NCBI RefSeq assembly: GCF_018977255.1
Contig: NW_024704742.1
Span: 68,512,001-68,576,000 of the forward strand
Reading direction: 5' to 3'
Length of the DNA: 64,000 bases
DNA from: Callorhinchus milii
Lineage: Eukaryota
In this document: one piece after another, positions 12,401 to 25,349 of the stretch
Numbering within the stretch: position 1 is the stretch's first letter
How the letters are laid out: each line of letters begins with the position of its first letter
Made by a program: the position numbers and the translations under genes
The notes under the pieces: generated by a model
What the model saw: the letters and a program-made list of their open reading frames with translations, nothing else
Databases searched by the model: none
What the model was told of the DNA's origin: nothing

Positions 12401-13065
12401 TAACCTGTCAAGTACCAATCTGGCTGATGCAGCACTTTATCTGATCTGATAAGGGTTTTGTGAGTGTATTTGACCTGGGAGACCTGTGGTTTGAGGGGAT
12501 TCCGTGACTTCAGGTGTATTTTGAGTTTGTCTGTGTGATTTAGTGTTTTACTAGTACTTTTGCAAGCTAAATGGAGCATGAACTTGTGAATACAGTCTTA
12601 ATTTTCAGGAAGTTTGATGTAATCCCTCAAATGTAACACGAGCAAAGTGAAAACTGTAGCTCAAGGCAAAGTTGCAAATGGACTAGAAAAGGGTAAATTT
12701 AGACAGCTTATTCAATAGTAATAGTTCTGATTGAACGCTTTTCTGAGGCGTTAATTACTTGCACTAATAGAAATTTGCTTTGAGTAAAATGTATTTACTT
12801 CAGAATAATTTCATTTTTCTACTTATTTACATGCTGAGGAAAAACTTATCTTTGTGCTTATCTTTACAAAGTATTTGCCTGGAAGTGGTGAATGGAATTG
12901 TAATTAAAGGTTTATAGTCTTTTATGCTAAAATCAAATGGGTCTCTCACTTTGAAGAGCTGTTGGAGTTGGTAAATATTCTGTTTTGGTTGCAGTTATTG
13001 CATGTTGGTACAGTTTGCATCTTATGTGAAATCATTCAAAATGCAATCAGCAAAGAAACAGTTTG

Positions 13066-15000
13066 CAGCAACAACTTGCACTTATATAGCACCCTCCAAG
13101 CGGGTCAGCGTCTCAGAGTGCTCAACAGTGGCAGAGCCTGACTCCGAGGAGATGGGAGGTGGCCTTTAGCATGATCAAACAGGAATGTTTTCAGGCAGGA
13201 CTTGAAAGAGGGAAGAGAGGGGACAAGGCAGAAGGATTGAGGGAGAGTGTTCCAGAGTTTTGGGTCGTAATGGCTGAAAGCACTATTTCTGATGGTGGAG
13301 CGGAGGGTGAGAGGGACGAGCAGGAGACCAGTGCCAGTCGAGTGGAGGCACTGGGTGGTGGATTGGGCAGTGAGGAGGTCGGAGAGGTAGGGAAGTGTCA
13401 GAGAGTGAATGGATTTGAACACAGTGTGAGGATCTTGAACTCGATCTGTTCAGTGATGGGGAGCCAATGCAGCCTGGCCAGAACTGGTGAGATGTGGGTA
13501 CAGAATTTGGTCTGGATCAGTATGGGGGGAGTTTTGAATGAGCTGGATCTTGTGAATGGTATTGCTGGGGAGACTGGTGAGAAGTGCATTGGAGTAATCC
13601 AAGCGGGAGGTGACAAACGCATCCACGAGGGTTTGGGCTGCCTTTGGGATAAGGTACGGTCAGAGGCAGGCAATTGAAGACGTTGACGGGAGCCAAGGAG
13701 TATTCAGCTGCAGGAAGTTTACACTCATCCAGGCCTTGATGTCTGCCAGACAAGCTGATAGAACCTCGGTGGACCCGGAGTTGGTACTGGAGCAGACAAA
13801 GTGGATTTGTGTGTCATCCGCATACATGTAAAAATTTACCCTATGTCTGCGAATGACATCGTCAAGAGGGAGCACATAGATAAAGGAAAGAAGAGGGTCA
13901 AGGATGGAGCCCTGGGGTACCCTGCAGGAGGCCGGGCAGGGGTGGAAGGAGATACCATTTGCTGAAATGGAGGTGGTTGGTTAAGTAGGACTCGAACCAT
14001 GTGAGTGCGGTCCTACTAAGGTAGATGAGGGAGGAGAGCCGATGGAGGAAGATGGTGTGGTTGATTGTGTCGACTACGGCAGAGAGATCCAGGAGGACGA
14101 GGAGGCAGAGGGAGCCCTGGTCACAGATAGAGAGAATGTCGCTTGTGACTTTGACAGGCGCTGTCTCTGTGCTGTGGGCAGGTGAAAACCAGACTGCAGG
14201 GGCTCGAGGAGGGAGTGGAGGGAAAAGTGTGACCAAAGTTGACCTGCAACAATGTGTTCCAGGACTTTGGCAAGAAGGGTAGGTTGGAGATGGGACGATA
14301 GTGTGGGAGATTAGGGGGATCGAGAATGGTTTTTTTGAGGAGGGATGTGATGACAGCGGTTTTCAGGGGGAGTGGAACACAGCCTGAGGAGAGAGACTGG
14401 TTGACCGTGTCGGCCAGCAGGGGGGAAAACAGGAGGAGTTGAGTGACCAGCAGCTGGGTGGGGAGGGGTTTAAGATAGCAGGTGGTGAACTTCATGGGGG
14501 TGATTGTGATTAAAAGGGAGGAGGGAGAAATGGGGGTAAAGGAGTGTAAGGAGGGGGAATGGCAGGAGCCATGGCAGAGGGAGAAGGCGGTATGGATGGT
14601 CTGGGTGGGATGGAAGGGGACATGGGGGTGCAGAGGGGTGGTGGACAATGCAGCCAAGCGGATGTTTTAAATTTTTGAGGCAAGGAAGACTAGAACCTCT
14701 TCACACTTGGCGTTTAACGTGAAGATAGAGGGGGCTTGAGGCGGTGCACGGAGGAGGTGATGGACAGTGGGAACCAGTGTCTTTGGGTTGTTTTTGGTCT
14801 CCGGGATGATTTTGGAGTAAAAGTCAGTTTTGGCCTGTGAAAGGGAGAGGCAGTGGGTGAGGAGGTGCTCGAGCCACAGCTGGCGGTGAATCCTGAGGCT
14901 GGATTTCTGCCATCTGCGCTTGAGCATCCGAGTTTGTGCTTTGAGTGAGTGGAGGTGACTGTTGTACTGGGAAAGCAGGTGGGTTTGGGAACAACCCTGG
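13066..15000 (-). mobile_element. L2 LINE, ~1.9 kb decayed ORF2
   Basis: YRPISNLPFL, HSTETA, LLDLSA, YADDTQ and LHWLP motifs; (CAA)n tail at about 13066. Confidence 0.92.
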
Positions 15001-15227
15001 ATTTCAGGGGAGCCAGGGAATTGAAGGTTATGGAGAGACAGTCCAGCAGCTTGATGGCCGCAGCAGGATTGCTGTGGGTGGAGTACCAGAGGGAGAGAGG
15101 CCCACTGGTATCTGGCCCTCAGTTTACTCTTTCCTCCCTCTCCCCCCCCCCCCCCCCACCGCCCAAACACCACCATCAGTCAATGAACATTTCCTTTTCA
15201 AAACTGTTTTATCAACACAAATGAAAT

Positions 15228-16050
15228 GTGTCAGCCTGGTTCATTTGGTAGCACTCTCGCCTCTGAGTCAGAGGGTTGTGGGTTCAAGCCTCATGTCGGG
15301 ACTTTAGAACTAGGAGGGAAGTGTCATTGACACAAGACTAGGAGAAAGTGTCAACACAGAGGATGACATTAACAAAAAATGCAGTGAGACATGGATAGGT
15401 TAGGTGATTGGGCAGGTAGGTGGCAGATGAAGTATGATTTAGGGAAGTGCAAAGTCATCCACCAAGGTAGCAAAAACAGTAGAGCGGATTATTTTTTAGA
15501 AAGGGAGAGATTGGAATGTGTTGGCGTCCAGAGGGACTCGGGTGTCCTTGTACACCAATCACAGAAAGTTAGTCTGCGGGTGCAGCAGCAATTAGGAAGG
15601 CGAACGGTATGTTAGCATTCATTATGAAAGGATTAGAGTATAAGAGTAGGGAAGTCTTGCTGCAACTGTATAGGGCCCTGGTGAGACCACACCTGGAATA
15701 CTGTGTGCCTACTCCTGCTCCTACATGTTTTGTTAAACTTGCATGGTCTAGAATGCCACTCCAGCGCGATGTTAAGGGTGCAATACGTACATTGCCAAAC
15801 ATGCCGTCCAACTGATGAAACATTCAACCGAGATCCCGTGTCTGCCTATTCAGGTGGATATTAAGGATCCCATGCCACTATACAAAAAGAGAAGGGGCTT
15901 TTTCCTGGCGCCATGGCCAGCAATCTGCAAGCTAAAATTGGTCATTCACTACAAGCCTGTTTGTGGAACATTGCTGTGTGCAAATGGGCTGCTGCCACTT
16001 TGTGATATCCTGTGAAATGCTTTGAGACATTGTCTCGATGTGAATGATAC
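15228..16050 (+). mobile_element. DeuSINE-type SINE interrupted by a CR1 fragment (about 15310-15725)
   Basis: Head gtcagcctgg..tggtagcactctcgcctctgagtcag; Deu core ttcaggtgga..aaggatcccatg. The insert encodes WAGRWQMKY...KCKV and LYRALVRPHLEYC (CR1 RT). Confidence 0.82.
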
Positions 16051-16719
16051 ACCTAATAATAATAATAATCCTTGCATTTGATATAGTGCTTTTCACATCT
16101 TCTAGACGTCTCAAAGCGCTTCACAGAATAGACTGTAAAGTGAAATGACTGTATTTTGTGGGCAAAGTGCAGCAGCAAGGTTTTTTGGAACAAATTACTT
16201 AAAAAATCTGAGGACTAATATATAAATAAAATAATCTTAGAGTTTGATATAGCGTCTTTCTTGGAAGGAGGCCATCTCAAAGCGTTTCACGAGATTTACT
16301 GTAAAGTGCAGTGACTTTTGCAGGCGAACACAGGAGGTAATTTGCACATAACATCTTATAAACAGCTGTGAAGTGAATGAGCAATTTTTTGGGGGGATTG
16401 TTGGTCATGACACTGGCACAAACTCCCTTGTGTTTTTAGATAGTACCATAGGATTATTAATATCAACTTGAACAGGCAGACAACCTCAGCTTAACAGCTC
16501 ATCTGGAGGAATGATGTATTGTTATTAAGGCTCTGTAAGCATTGGATGCTGTTTATATCTGCTAATCTGCCACTAGGTGGTGCTGGTGCTATAATAGACG
16601 ATGCTCTTATTTTTAAATATGGGTGGGGGGGAGTACTAAGACTGTCTGTGTTCTCCCTGGTTCTCTCTCCAGTTCTTTCCTGACCCCACCCCATTCTGAC
16701 TAAGAAAATTGTCTTGCAG

Positions 16720-16896
16720 TATTGGAGGTGGAACCTTTCTTGGCCTGTGCTGTTTGCTCACTGGTTGCTCAACATTTGACGAAGCCCTTGAGATGGCATC
16801 AAATGGCGAGAGCACAAAAGTGGATAAATTAGTACGAGACATCTATGGAGGAGACTATGAGCAGTTTGGACTGCCAGGTTGGGCTGTGGCATCCAG
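16720..16896 (+). CDS. PANK2: Pantothenate kinase 2, coding exon 4 (177 nt)
   Basis: Acceptor cttgcag|, donor CAG|gtaaga. Encodes (S)[16 protein letters not shown]...[38 protein letters not shown] plus LPGW matches PANK2 rather than PANK1 or PANK3. Confidence 0.97.
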
Positions 16897-17142
16897 GTAA
16901 GAACATGTAGTACATTTTCAATTCATCTCCAACATCGATTATGTATAACTTATTTGCTGAAATCTATTTTAAGATAAATAATAATTATTATTTGTATATA
17001 ATTATAGTAAATAATCATTTCATTTGATAAATGCAACACTAATCTATTAGATATGCCAACTGCTTTCTGAAAACACGATGCATGGAATGAGAAAAGCTGC
17101 TTCTGCACCTCACAGAAAAATTACCTTGTCATGAGATTCATC

Positions 17143-18160
17143 AACAACAACAACTTGCACTTATATAGCGCCCCCCCCATGCCGGGCAGTATCTCAGAGC
17201 GCTTAACAGTGGTGGAGCCCAAGGCCGAGCCAGGCGGAGGGGCAAAGGTGACCGTAGACGCGGTCGAAAAGGAAGATCTTCGGGTCTGACCTGAAGGTGG
17301 GGGTGAGGCGAAGGAGTTGAGGAGGGAGTTCCAAAGTTTCAGGACGTAGTGCTGAAGCCATGGCCGCTGATGGTGGAGGGGAGGATTCCGGAAGAAAGCG
17401 GTGCTGGTTGGGAACCGGATGTGGGGGAGGAAGGATAACTGGGGATCGAACCTGACACCTATGTTGCGCACCAGTTCAGAGAGTTTTAAGGACAGGTCAG
17501 GTAGGTTGAGGAGGTCGGAACCGTGGGACAGAAGACATCGGCTTCCGTCTTGTTGACGTTTAACTGCAGTAAATTTGCACTCATCCAGCTCCTGATGTCC
17601 GGCAGACAAGCTGACAGAACATCAGGGGACTGAGGTTCGCAGTTGGAGGTGGAAAGGTAGAATGAGTGTCATCTGCATACGTGTGGAAGTTAATCCTGTG
17701 TCTGCAGATGACATCACGAGAGGGAGCATATATATGAGGAAGAGAAGAGGGCCAAGGATGGATCCTTGGGATAACCCACAGTTGACCGGGTGGAAGCGCA
17801 AAGAAAAGCCATTTGCAGAAATGTAGTGCTGGCGGTTTGTAAGGTAGGACTCATACCAAGTGAGTGCGGTCCCACTGAGGTGGATGATGGAGGACAGGTG
17901 GTGGAGGAGGATGTCGTGATCGACTGTGTTGAATGTGGCGGACAAGGAGGCAGAGGGAGTCCTGGTCACAGATAGAGAGGATATCATTTGTGACCTTCAC
18001 GAGCGCTGTCTCTGTACTGTGGGCCGGGCGGAAACCGGACTGGAGGGGTATAGAGGGAGAGGTGTGCGCGAAGTTGGTTGGCAACAACGTGTTCCAGAGC
18101 TTTGGCAAGGAAGGGCAGGTTTGAGATAGGGCGGTAATGGCTGAGGTTGGAAGGATCGAG
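17143..18160 (-). mobile_element. L2 LINE fragment
   Basis: YRPISNLPFLAKALE, QSGFRPAHSTETAL and QGSILGPLLF motifs; (CAA)n tail. Confidence 0.9.
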
Positions 18161-18659
18161 TGTAACTTTTAAGGATAGGGGTGATGACCCCAGTTTTGAG
18201 GGACCCTCATCTGGTGAAATGGTGCGTATAAATTCCCCCAGCATATTGTTTGAGCAAAATCTCAAGATTGTTCATTCTTCCAGATCTTCCCTGTACAAAT
18301 CTTATTTTTCCCTAACAGGGCCTCCACATCAGTTTTTATTGATGTAATTCCTTACCTTTTTATTAAAGTGCCTTATCTCAAAGTGCTTTGCAGGATTTTA
18401 CTGAAGTGCAGGGTCTGTTTGTAGGTGAATGTGCAGCCAATTTTCATGAACAATACCCTGCAAACAACCATATTGTGGATTTTACCAGTGGGATTGTTGG
18501 CCACCGGGATAAACTCCCTTCTCTTTTTGAATGGTGCCATGGAATTTTTAAAATCCACCTGAATATACAGATGAGGCTTCAGTTTACCATCTCATCCAAA
18601 GGATGATACCTTGAATAATGCAGTGGTCACCCAGCACTGCACTGTAGACCACAGTAATT

Positions 18660-21520
18660 TTACACTTGTAAAGTGTCTTTCATATCAGGAGGATGTCTCA
18701 GAAGTGCTGCACGGAATTGTCTGGGAGCCCATCGGGTGAGATGAGATCAGACGTGTGGTCAAAAAGAAAATGCTTCAGCTGGGCATTAAAGATGGGGAGG
18801 GATGGAGTGTGACGGAGGGACTCCTCCGGAGTGGAATTCCAGAGAGCAGGAGAAGAATGGCTGAAAGTTTGTTCTCAGATAGTGGAACAGATCTATGGGT
18901 GCAACATGGAGCAGCTGATGTTCGCTGAGTGAAGGGAATCGTTGGGCAGTAGGGTTACAGGAAATGCAAGAGGTAAGAGAGAGTAAGGCTGTGGAGGCAT
19001 TTAAAAGTGAGGAGAAAGATCTTGAATTTGATGTGCTGGGAGATGGGGAGCTAGTGGAATTTAATAATGATGAGGGTGATAGGCTTATGGTGCCTGGTCT
19101 GGAGCTGCAGAGTCCTGGATGGCCTGTGACAACAACAACTTGCATTTATGTAGCACTCTTCCGGAGGATGTCCCAAAGCACTGTACAGTCGAGGGTTTGC
19201 AACCAAACTGGGTTGGAATCGAGGGATGGAGGGAGACCAGCGCTCCGGGTCGCTATCCTGCATGAGGGGTGCTATATAAATGCAAGTTGTTGTTGAGATG
19301 ATACAAACTGCGGGTTCTGAATAATTTGCAGCTTGTGGAGGGAAGAGTTAGAAGACCGATCATTGCACGGTGTCGGGTTTAAAGGAATAGTGATGCTGTT
19401 AGTGCCTGAGGTGAGGAGGCGCTAACTGTAGCCAAGCAGGAGGTTCTCCGTGTTGTCGACATTGTGTTGAGCAGACAGCTAGCACAATCGAGCCTGGAAG
19501 TAATGAAAGCACAGATAAGAGTCTCGGCTGCCTGAGGGGAGAGGCGGGTCATTGCAAGAGTGTCGAGTTTAAAAGACAATTGAAGGTCGAACAAGACCCC
19601 AAGGTTCCGTAATGGCTCGGTGAGATAAATAATAATAATAATAATCCTTGCATTTGATGGTGAGTGTATACATGAATAGTGATGCTGTTCGTGCCTGAGC
19701 TGAGGAGGCGCTCACTGGAGCCAAGCAGGAGGGTCTCCATATTGTCGATATTCAATTGGAGAAATTTAGCTCTCATCCAGAACTTGATAACTAACAGGCA
19801 GTCCATTCGTGGTCCTGGAGTCGAGGGTGGACGCAGAGAGATAGTTGTGTCATCCGTATATATGTGGAAGTTAACCATGTCTGCAGATGAGTGGGAGCAT
19901 GTAAGTATTAAAGAGGAGAGGACCAAGGGCAGAGCCCTGAAGAATGCTGCACACGAGGCCTGGAAGAAAAGCTGTTAGCGGATGTAAAGTGGATGGATGA
20001 GGGAACAGCTGGAATCTGGTGAGCACGGAGTTCGAGTGGTCCAGTGTAGACGCAGGAAGTGGGTGTTTCAGTAGAGTGGGGGGTGGGGTGCATAGGAGAT
20101 AGGAAGTGGAAGAGGAGAGCAATGTTGTGAAAGGAGTGAGAGCACATTTAAAGGACAGATGAGGTTGAATAGGTCACTGCAGTTTCATGTACATTTGGGC
20201 AGGTCGATGTGGTCAGTATCTGAATTTAGAAGATGCTGACAGAAACCGTACAGAAGAGCCTCAGTTTTGCTACTGGTTAGCTGGCGAATGTTAGAACTTA
20301 TCCAGAACAATCAGAACAGCCATAGTCCTGGAATCGAGGATAGAGGCAGAGAAGTAGGTTTGGGTGTAATCGCCGTATGTGTGTAAGTGACCCTACAGGT
20401 GAGATCACCAAAGGGGAGAGTATTGATGGTGCAGAGAAGGGTAGAGTAGAGCCCTGAGGATTGCTACAAGTGACTGTTTGGGGGTGGAGATTGTTAACTC
20501 AAAGTCCTGACATGGGAATGGAACCCAAAGAACAACAAAATTACATATGTATAGTGCCTTTCACTGTGGGAGGATGTCCCAAGATGCTGGACAATCAATG
20601 TTTCAGCCCCAAACTGGGAGACGGGATCGTGAAGGAGGGTGACAAAGAGGAAGTTGATGAGAGGAGAGTCTTGAAGGAGGCAAGAGAGGGTGCGAGGAGG
20701 AGGGTCTGAGGGATGGAGTTCCAGAGGGTGGGGGCAGACTAGCAGAAGGCCAGACTGCCAATGGTGGGGCGGACGAGGCGGGGGACGTGAAGCAGGCCAG
20801 AGAGGAGGGAACAGGCAGATTGATAGGGGCTTAGGAGGTCGAAGAGGTAGGGGTGAGCGAGGCCATGGAGGGCTTTGAAGGTGAGGACCAGGATCTTGAA
20901 CTGTATCCTCTGTGTGATGGGAAGTCAGTGGAGTTGGGCAAGGAGGATGTTACTAGGGTCGTGGAGCCTCGTATGGGAGAGGACACGGGCTGCAGAGTTC
21001 TGGATGATCTGCAGCATATGGAGGGAGGGGTTGGGGAGTCCAATGAGCAGGGAGTTTGCATAGTTAAGCCTGGATGTTAAGAATGTGTGTATGAGGGCTT
21101 TGGTGACCTGCGGTGTGAGACAGTGGCGGAGCCGGGCGATGTTGCGGAGGTGGGGGAAGGCAGAGCGGGTCATGGCGCAGATGTGGGGTAGAAAGGATAG
21201 TTGAGAGTCGAACAAGATGCCAAGGTTCTGGACTGGCTTAGTAAGGTGGAGTGTGCAACCGTGGTGGTGATGCTGTCAGTGCCTGAGGTGAGGAGGCACT
21301 GACGGGAGCCAATCAGGAGAGCCTCGGTCTTGTTGACATTCAACTGTGGAAAGTTCGCTCTCATCCAGGACTTGATGTCTGACAGACATTCTGTCAGCAC
21401 AGCAGTGGTCCTGGAGTCGAGGGTGAAGGCAGAGAGATAGAGTTGGGTGTCATCCGCATGTGTGCGGGTGATATCACCAAGAGGGAGTATATAGATATTG
21501 AAAAGAAGGGGACCAAGGAC
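18660..21520 (-). mobile_element. Cluster of nested L2 LINE fragments
   Basis: Several overlapping L2 pieces (QGSALGPLLF, HADDTQLY, IKSWMRANF, IIQNSAAR) with repeated tails. Confidence 0.85.
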
Positions 21521-22851
21521 CTTCTGACTCAAAAGCTGGAGAACTAGCAACTGAACCAGAGAGCAGCTGGTTAATGATATAGCTAAATAATGACGCATTA
21601 TTTTAAAAGCAAGAAAGTAATGTTAAATGTGTGTAAAACCTTGGTTAGACTGTTTAAGAGGAAACTTGATGCACACACAAGGAAGAAGGGAATAGATGGG
21701 TGGAGGCATGGGGAAGGGTATTAGGATGGATGGAGGCTCAACAATAACAACTTGCATTTATTGTGACCATTGTTCATATTCTGTATAATGTGCTTTACCA
21801 TTTTTCATAGGGTAACTGATTTCTGGCTCGTGTTTTATTCTTTAATATTAAGACACAATTTGCTGCCCACGACCATTGGCCCCTAAAATTTTATCCAAGG
21901 CCTGACCTTTATTATTGATATCCTGGAGTATATCCTGGCATCTGTGTATATCCTTGGGTTATCCTGGGGGTAAACTGTCTGGCCCAGTTCTCTTCTTGGC
22001 TTTTTTTGGGTTTTGTTTCCATAAAATGTGCTTCACCGATGTGTAATTTTCTACATTAGGATGTATTGCCCACTGTTATAGAGTAATAGCGCATAGTGAA
22101 TGGAATCTTCATGAAATGGATCTATCTTTAAGATATGTCCTTTTGATTTTGTGTTCTCTCTTCCTCTCCCAAACCCCATCCCCCAGCTCTGTTACCCAGT
22201 CAGCTGTTTCAAGCTTTTTGTGACATTCTCCATGTGTGAAAGTTGCTTGCTATGCTAATGGGTATTATTGTTGGGAACAACGATAATAAACATGTTTAGG
22301 AATTTTTTTCATTATTTCTGTAAATCAATTTATGTTCCATTAATTATTGCCCAATGCTGATGGATAGATTAAAACCATGGATTGTGGTTTTCTATAACCC
22401 TGGTTTCACTGGAGTTTTTCTTCAATTACTCCATAATACATTAGCAATATCCAGCGCCTTGGGACATCCTCCTGATGTGAAAGGCGGTATACAAATGTAA
22501 TTTGTTCTTATTATCTTAATCTCTTAACATAACTAAGGCTGGAAGAAAATTGTGAGCTGTGATTTTGCTGCAGATTTTTTAAAAACTTGTGTTTCAGGCC
22601 AGGCCCGGCTAGAAACAAATCCCTGATACCCGGAGTCTCTAAACCAGGGGGTTTACTGTATATCTTGGGGCACTATACTGGGCTACTGGAACCTTTTTGG
22701 TCCTTCGTATGTACATATCCTTTTCAAAAAGCTTGTTACCTGCTTATGATTTCTAACAGAGCAGCAATGGTGGAGATCTAGAAATGGGCAATTTATATGT
22801 ATAAAATATGTTTTAAGTATTTTTATTTCCCTCCCATCCCCGTCTTCTCAG

Positions 22852-22975
22852 TTTTGGCCACATGATGAGTAAAGAAAAGCAGGAATTAGTCAGCAAAGAA
22901 GACTTGGCCAGAGCAACATTAGTCACCATCACAAACAACATCGGCTCCATAGCCATGATGTGTGCACTGAATGAG
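22852..22975 (+). CDS. PANK2: Pantothenate kinase 2, coding exon 5 (124 nt)
   Basis: Acceptor ttctcag|, donor GAG|gtcaga. Encodes (S)[41 protein letters not shown]. Confidence 0.97.
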
Positions 22976-23493
22976 GTCAGAATTTATTTCATTTTTCCTT
23001 CCATATTGTATTCAGTTTATTCCCAAACTGAGATACCGTTTCTAGAACTAGATACCAGCATACATCCCTCTAGGGAGAGAGTGCACTTTCCAATTCACAG
23101 GAATTTCCATGTGTAGATGGGATGCATGGAATTGTGTTTGTTTTTGATACTCTTAAGCACAGTGATTGGTTTCCAAGTGTGTCAGACATCCGACTAACAA
23201 ATGTGTTTAAAAGTTGTTTATGTACCTTCAATGAAGACCTGCCTAACATGAGCAAATTCTATTTTCAGCACTGTATCCATAGGTTAGAGGTGAATGCATA
23301 ACCAATGCAATTCTTTTTCATCATTTGTAGGCAAAACAGATGCTTTTTATTCACAATCGAAAGGGTTACTTGTGCAATTATTGAACTACTGTGAAGCATT
23401 CTGCAACTTGCTAATCTTATGACATTCTCTGCCTGTAATCCAGTAAAGAGGGTGTGGTGGGAGAGGAGGGGAAAAGGAAAAAAAATCAATGCT

Positions 23494-23571
23494 CTGTGTT
23501 TTCAGCTTCTTTACAGTGCTGACTTGTAGCATCCGGATCAAGCAGCATTGTACAGGGCTATGAAAGTACTG
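23494..23571 (+). ncRNA. MIR103A2: microRNA mir-103 precursor (mir-103-2 type) in PANK2 intron 5
   Basis: Mature miR-103-3p AGCAGCATTGTACAGGGCTATGA at 23541-23563; 5p arm AGCTTCTTTACAGTGCTGACTTG at 23504-23526. The arms pair, and miR-103/107 genes are known to sit in this intron of PANK genes. Confidence 0.97.
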
Positions 23572-24549
23572 AGCCCTATCCTGCTGTTGGTTTATCTTAA
23601 TGGTGACTTTAATTTATATGTAACATGCTGGGAGGAGGGCAAGGTGGAAACATAAATGTTTAGATGTGAGATAAGGGATTGCTGGGGGTGGGGAGTTAGA
23701 AAGATTAGGATGGATGGAAGCAGATATGGAATATAAACACCGGCATAAACGAGTTGGGCCGAGTGGCCTGTTTCAAATGTTGTAGATTCTATGAATCGGT
23801 TTGTAAAGTTTGAGGCAGTTTTTTTTAAGGTTTTTTCTATCTATACTTTTTTTAAAAAAAGGGGAAACCAATATGAGATTTTTACTCATTTCGCTCAGTC
23901 TTTTAAATCCTGGTCTGTTACGGCTACTACGTGCTCGTCCGGGTCTCCCACTGATGGCCAGTGTCCCTCGATTACTACCACTCGCTGGTCAGGATATGAG
24001 GCAGCAAAGCCACCAGAAGTGATCTCTCTGACACTGCTGGTCTCAAGTCGTTAGAACATTTACTATTGTTCAAAATCTTTTATTCTTTAAACCATAAAGT
24101 TTTTCCACTTTGGCTGAAAGCCTCTTATGCCACATCTTATCACTTTCCTTTTGGTGGGTAAAGCACAAAGTACTGTCTGTTGCTATTTACCACTCCTGAA
24201 ACCATGCTCTGCTAATCCTTTGGTGTGTTTCAGGTTTTACAGATGTGTATATACTGCTCACAGACGTGCTTATGATGTTTGAATATAGTCGCTGTTTTAA
24301 TACTAGTATCCTGTTGCGACTGCAGTAACATGTGAAACCAGCTTCTAAATATTAAAGGATTCTTTGGAAAAGTTTTTGTGAGGGTATTTAGAACTGGGTC
24401 TGCCTTAATATTTTTTCAAGATGGATTGCTTCCTACTTGAAGGACAGGAATTGCACTTTTCTTACTTTAAAGCTGTTTCTTTTAATGCTCATTTTGAACT
24501 AAACTTTTGTATTTTAAGGGTTGCGAATTTGAAATTCTTTTTTGTTTAG

Positions 24550-24675
24550 AATATTAACAGGGTGGTGTTTGTGGGTAACTTTCTGAGGATCAACACGTTG
24601 TCCATGAGACTTCTGTCCAATGCTATGGACTATTGGTCAAAGGGGCAGTTGAAGGCACTCTTTATGGAACATGAG
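24550..24675 (+). CDS. PANK2: Pantothenate kinase 2, coding exon 6 (126 nt)
   Basis: Acceptor tgtttag|, donor GAG|gtgaga. Encodes [42 protein letters not shown]. Absent from the ORF track; translated by hand. Confidence 0.96.
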
Positions 24676-25298
24676 GTGAGATTCAGAAATGCTCCTATTA
24701 CCTTCTCCATTCTCCAGGCATTGTTGTAAGTTTATTTTAAAGGTAGTTGTACGCCACTGCACAATGTACAAAGATACCTGCAGAGATGTGGGGTCTCTCA
24801 CACAGCCACTTGTCATGATAGCTGCCAGATGTCCTGTGGTAAGAGGCATTGGCAAATGCTGAGAGCAGTTTGCCTTTCCAGCTTGAATGCTGTTTTGGTG
24901 CATGTTGGAAGATGATATGAGAGAGCAAACCTAAAATAAAGTATTTCTTCTCCAATACATTCTGTAGCCATTGAAGTGCCTACAAAATGTAGGCAATTTA
25001 ACTTTAACTTGCTAAGAATTGTGTATTGCCTCTTTTGTATTCGGCCAAACAACTTTGACAGCAGACAACACAGCTTTTAGAATTGACTGTATTGAATAGC
25101 ACAAATGTAAATTGAACTACAATACAAATGATTTTATAAGACTTTTTGTAAAACTTGGATGTGTGTGACTTTTGGCTGTTTTTATGAATGACTTTGACAT
25201 ATTCAGTACAAGGAAAATATGTTTTTGTGAGCATTTTCATTGGAAGCTTTCATGTTGTATGTGTTATAATAAAGGAATAGTATGTTTCCTTCTTGCAG

Positions 25299-25349
25299 GG
25301 TTACTTCGGAGCCGTGGGTGCCCTGCTTAAACTTTTCGACCCTGTCTGA
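25299..25349 (+). CDS. PANK2: Pantothenate kinase 2, last coding exon (GYFGAVGALLKLFDPV*)
   Basis: Acceptor cttgcag|; conserved (E)GYFGAVGALL motif; stop TGA at 25347-25349. Confidence 0.96.
   Translation, partial: GYFGAVGALLKLFDPV

Noticed and set aside
3665..25349. Assignment to PANK1 or PANK3
   Set aside because: [20 protein letters not shown], the mir-103-2-type 5p arm and the convergent RNF24 neighbour all favour PANK2, despite the PANK3-like length.
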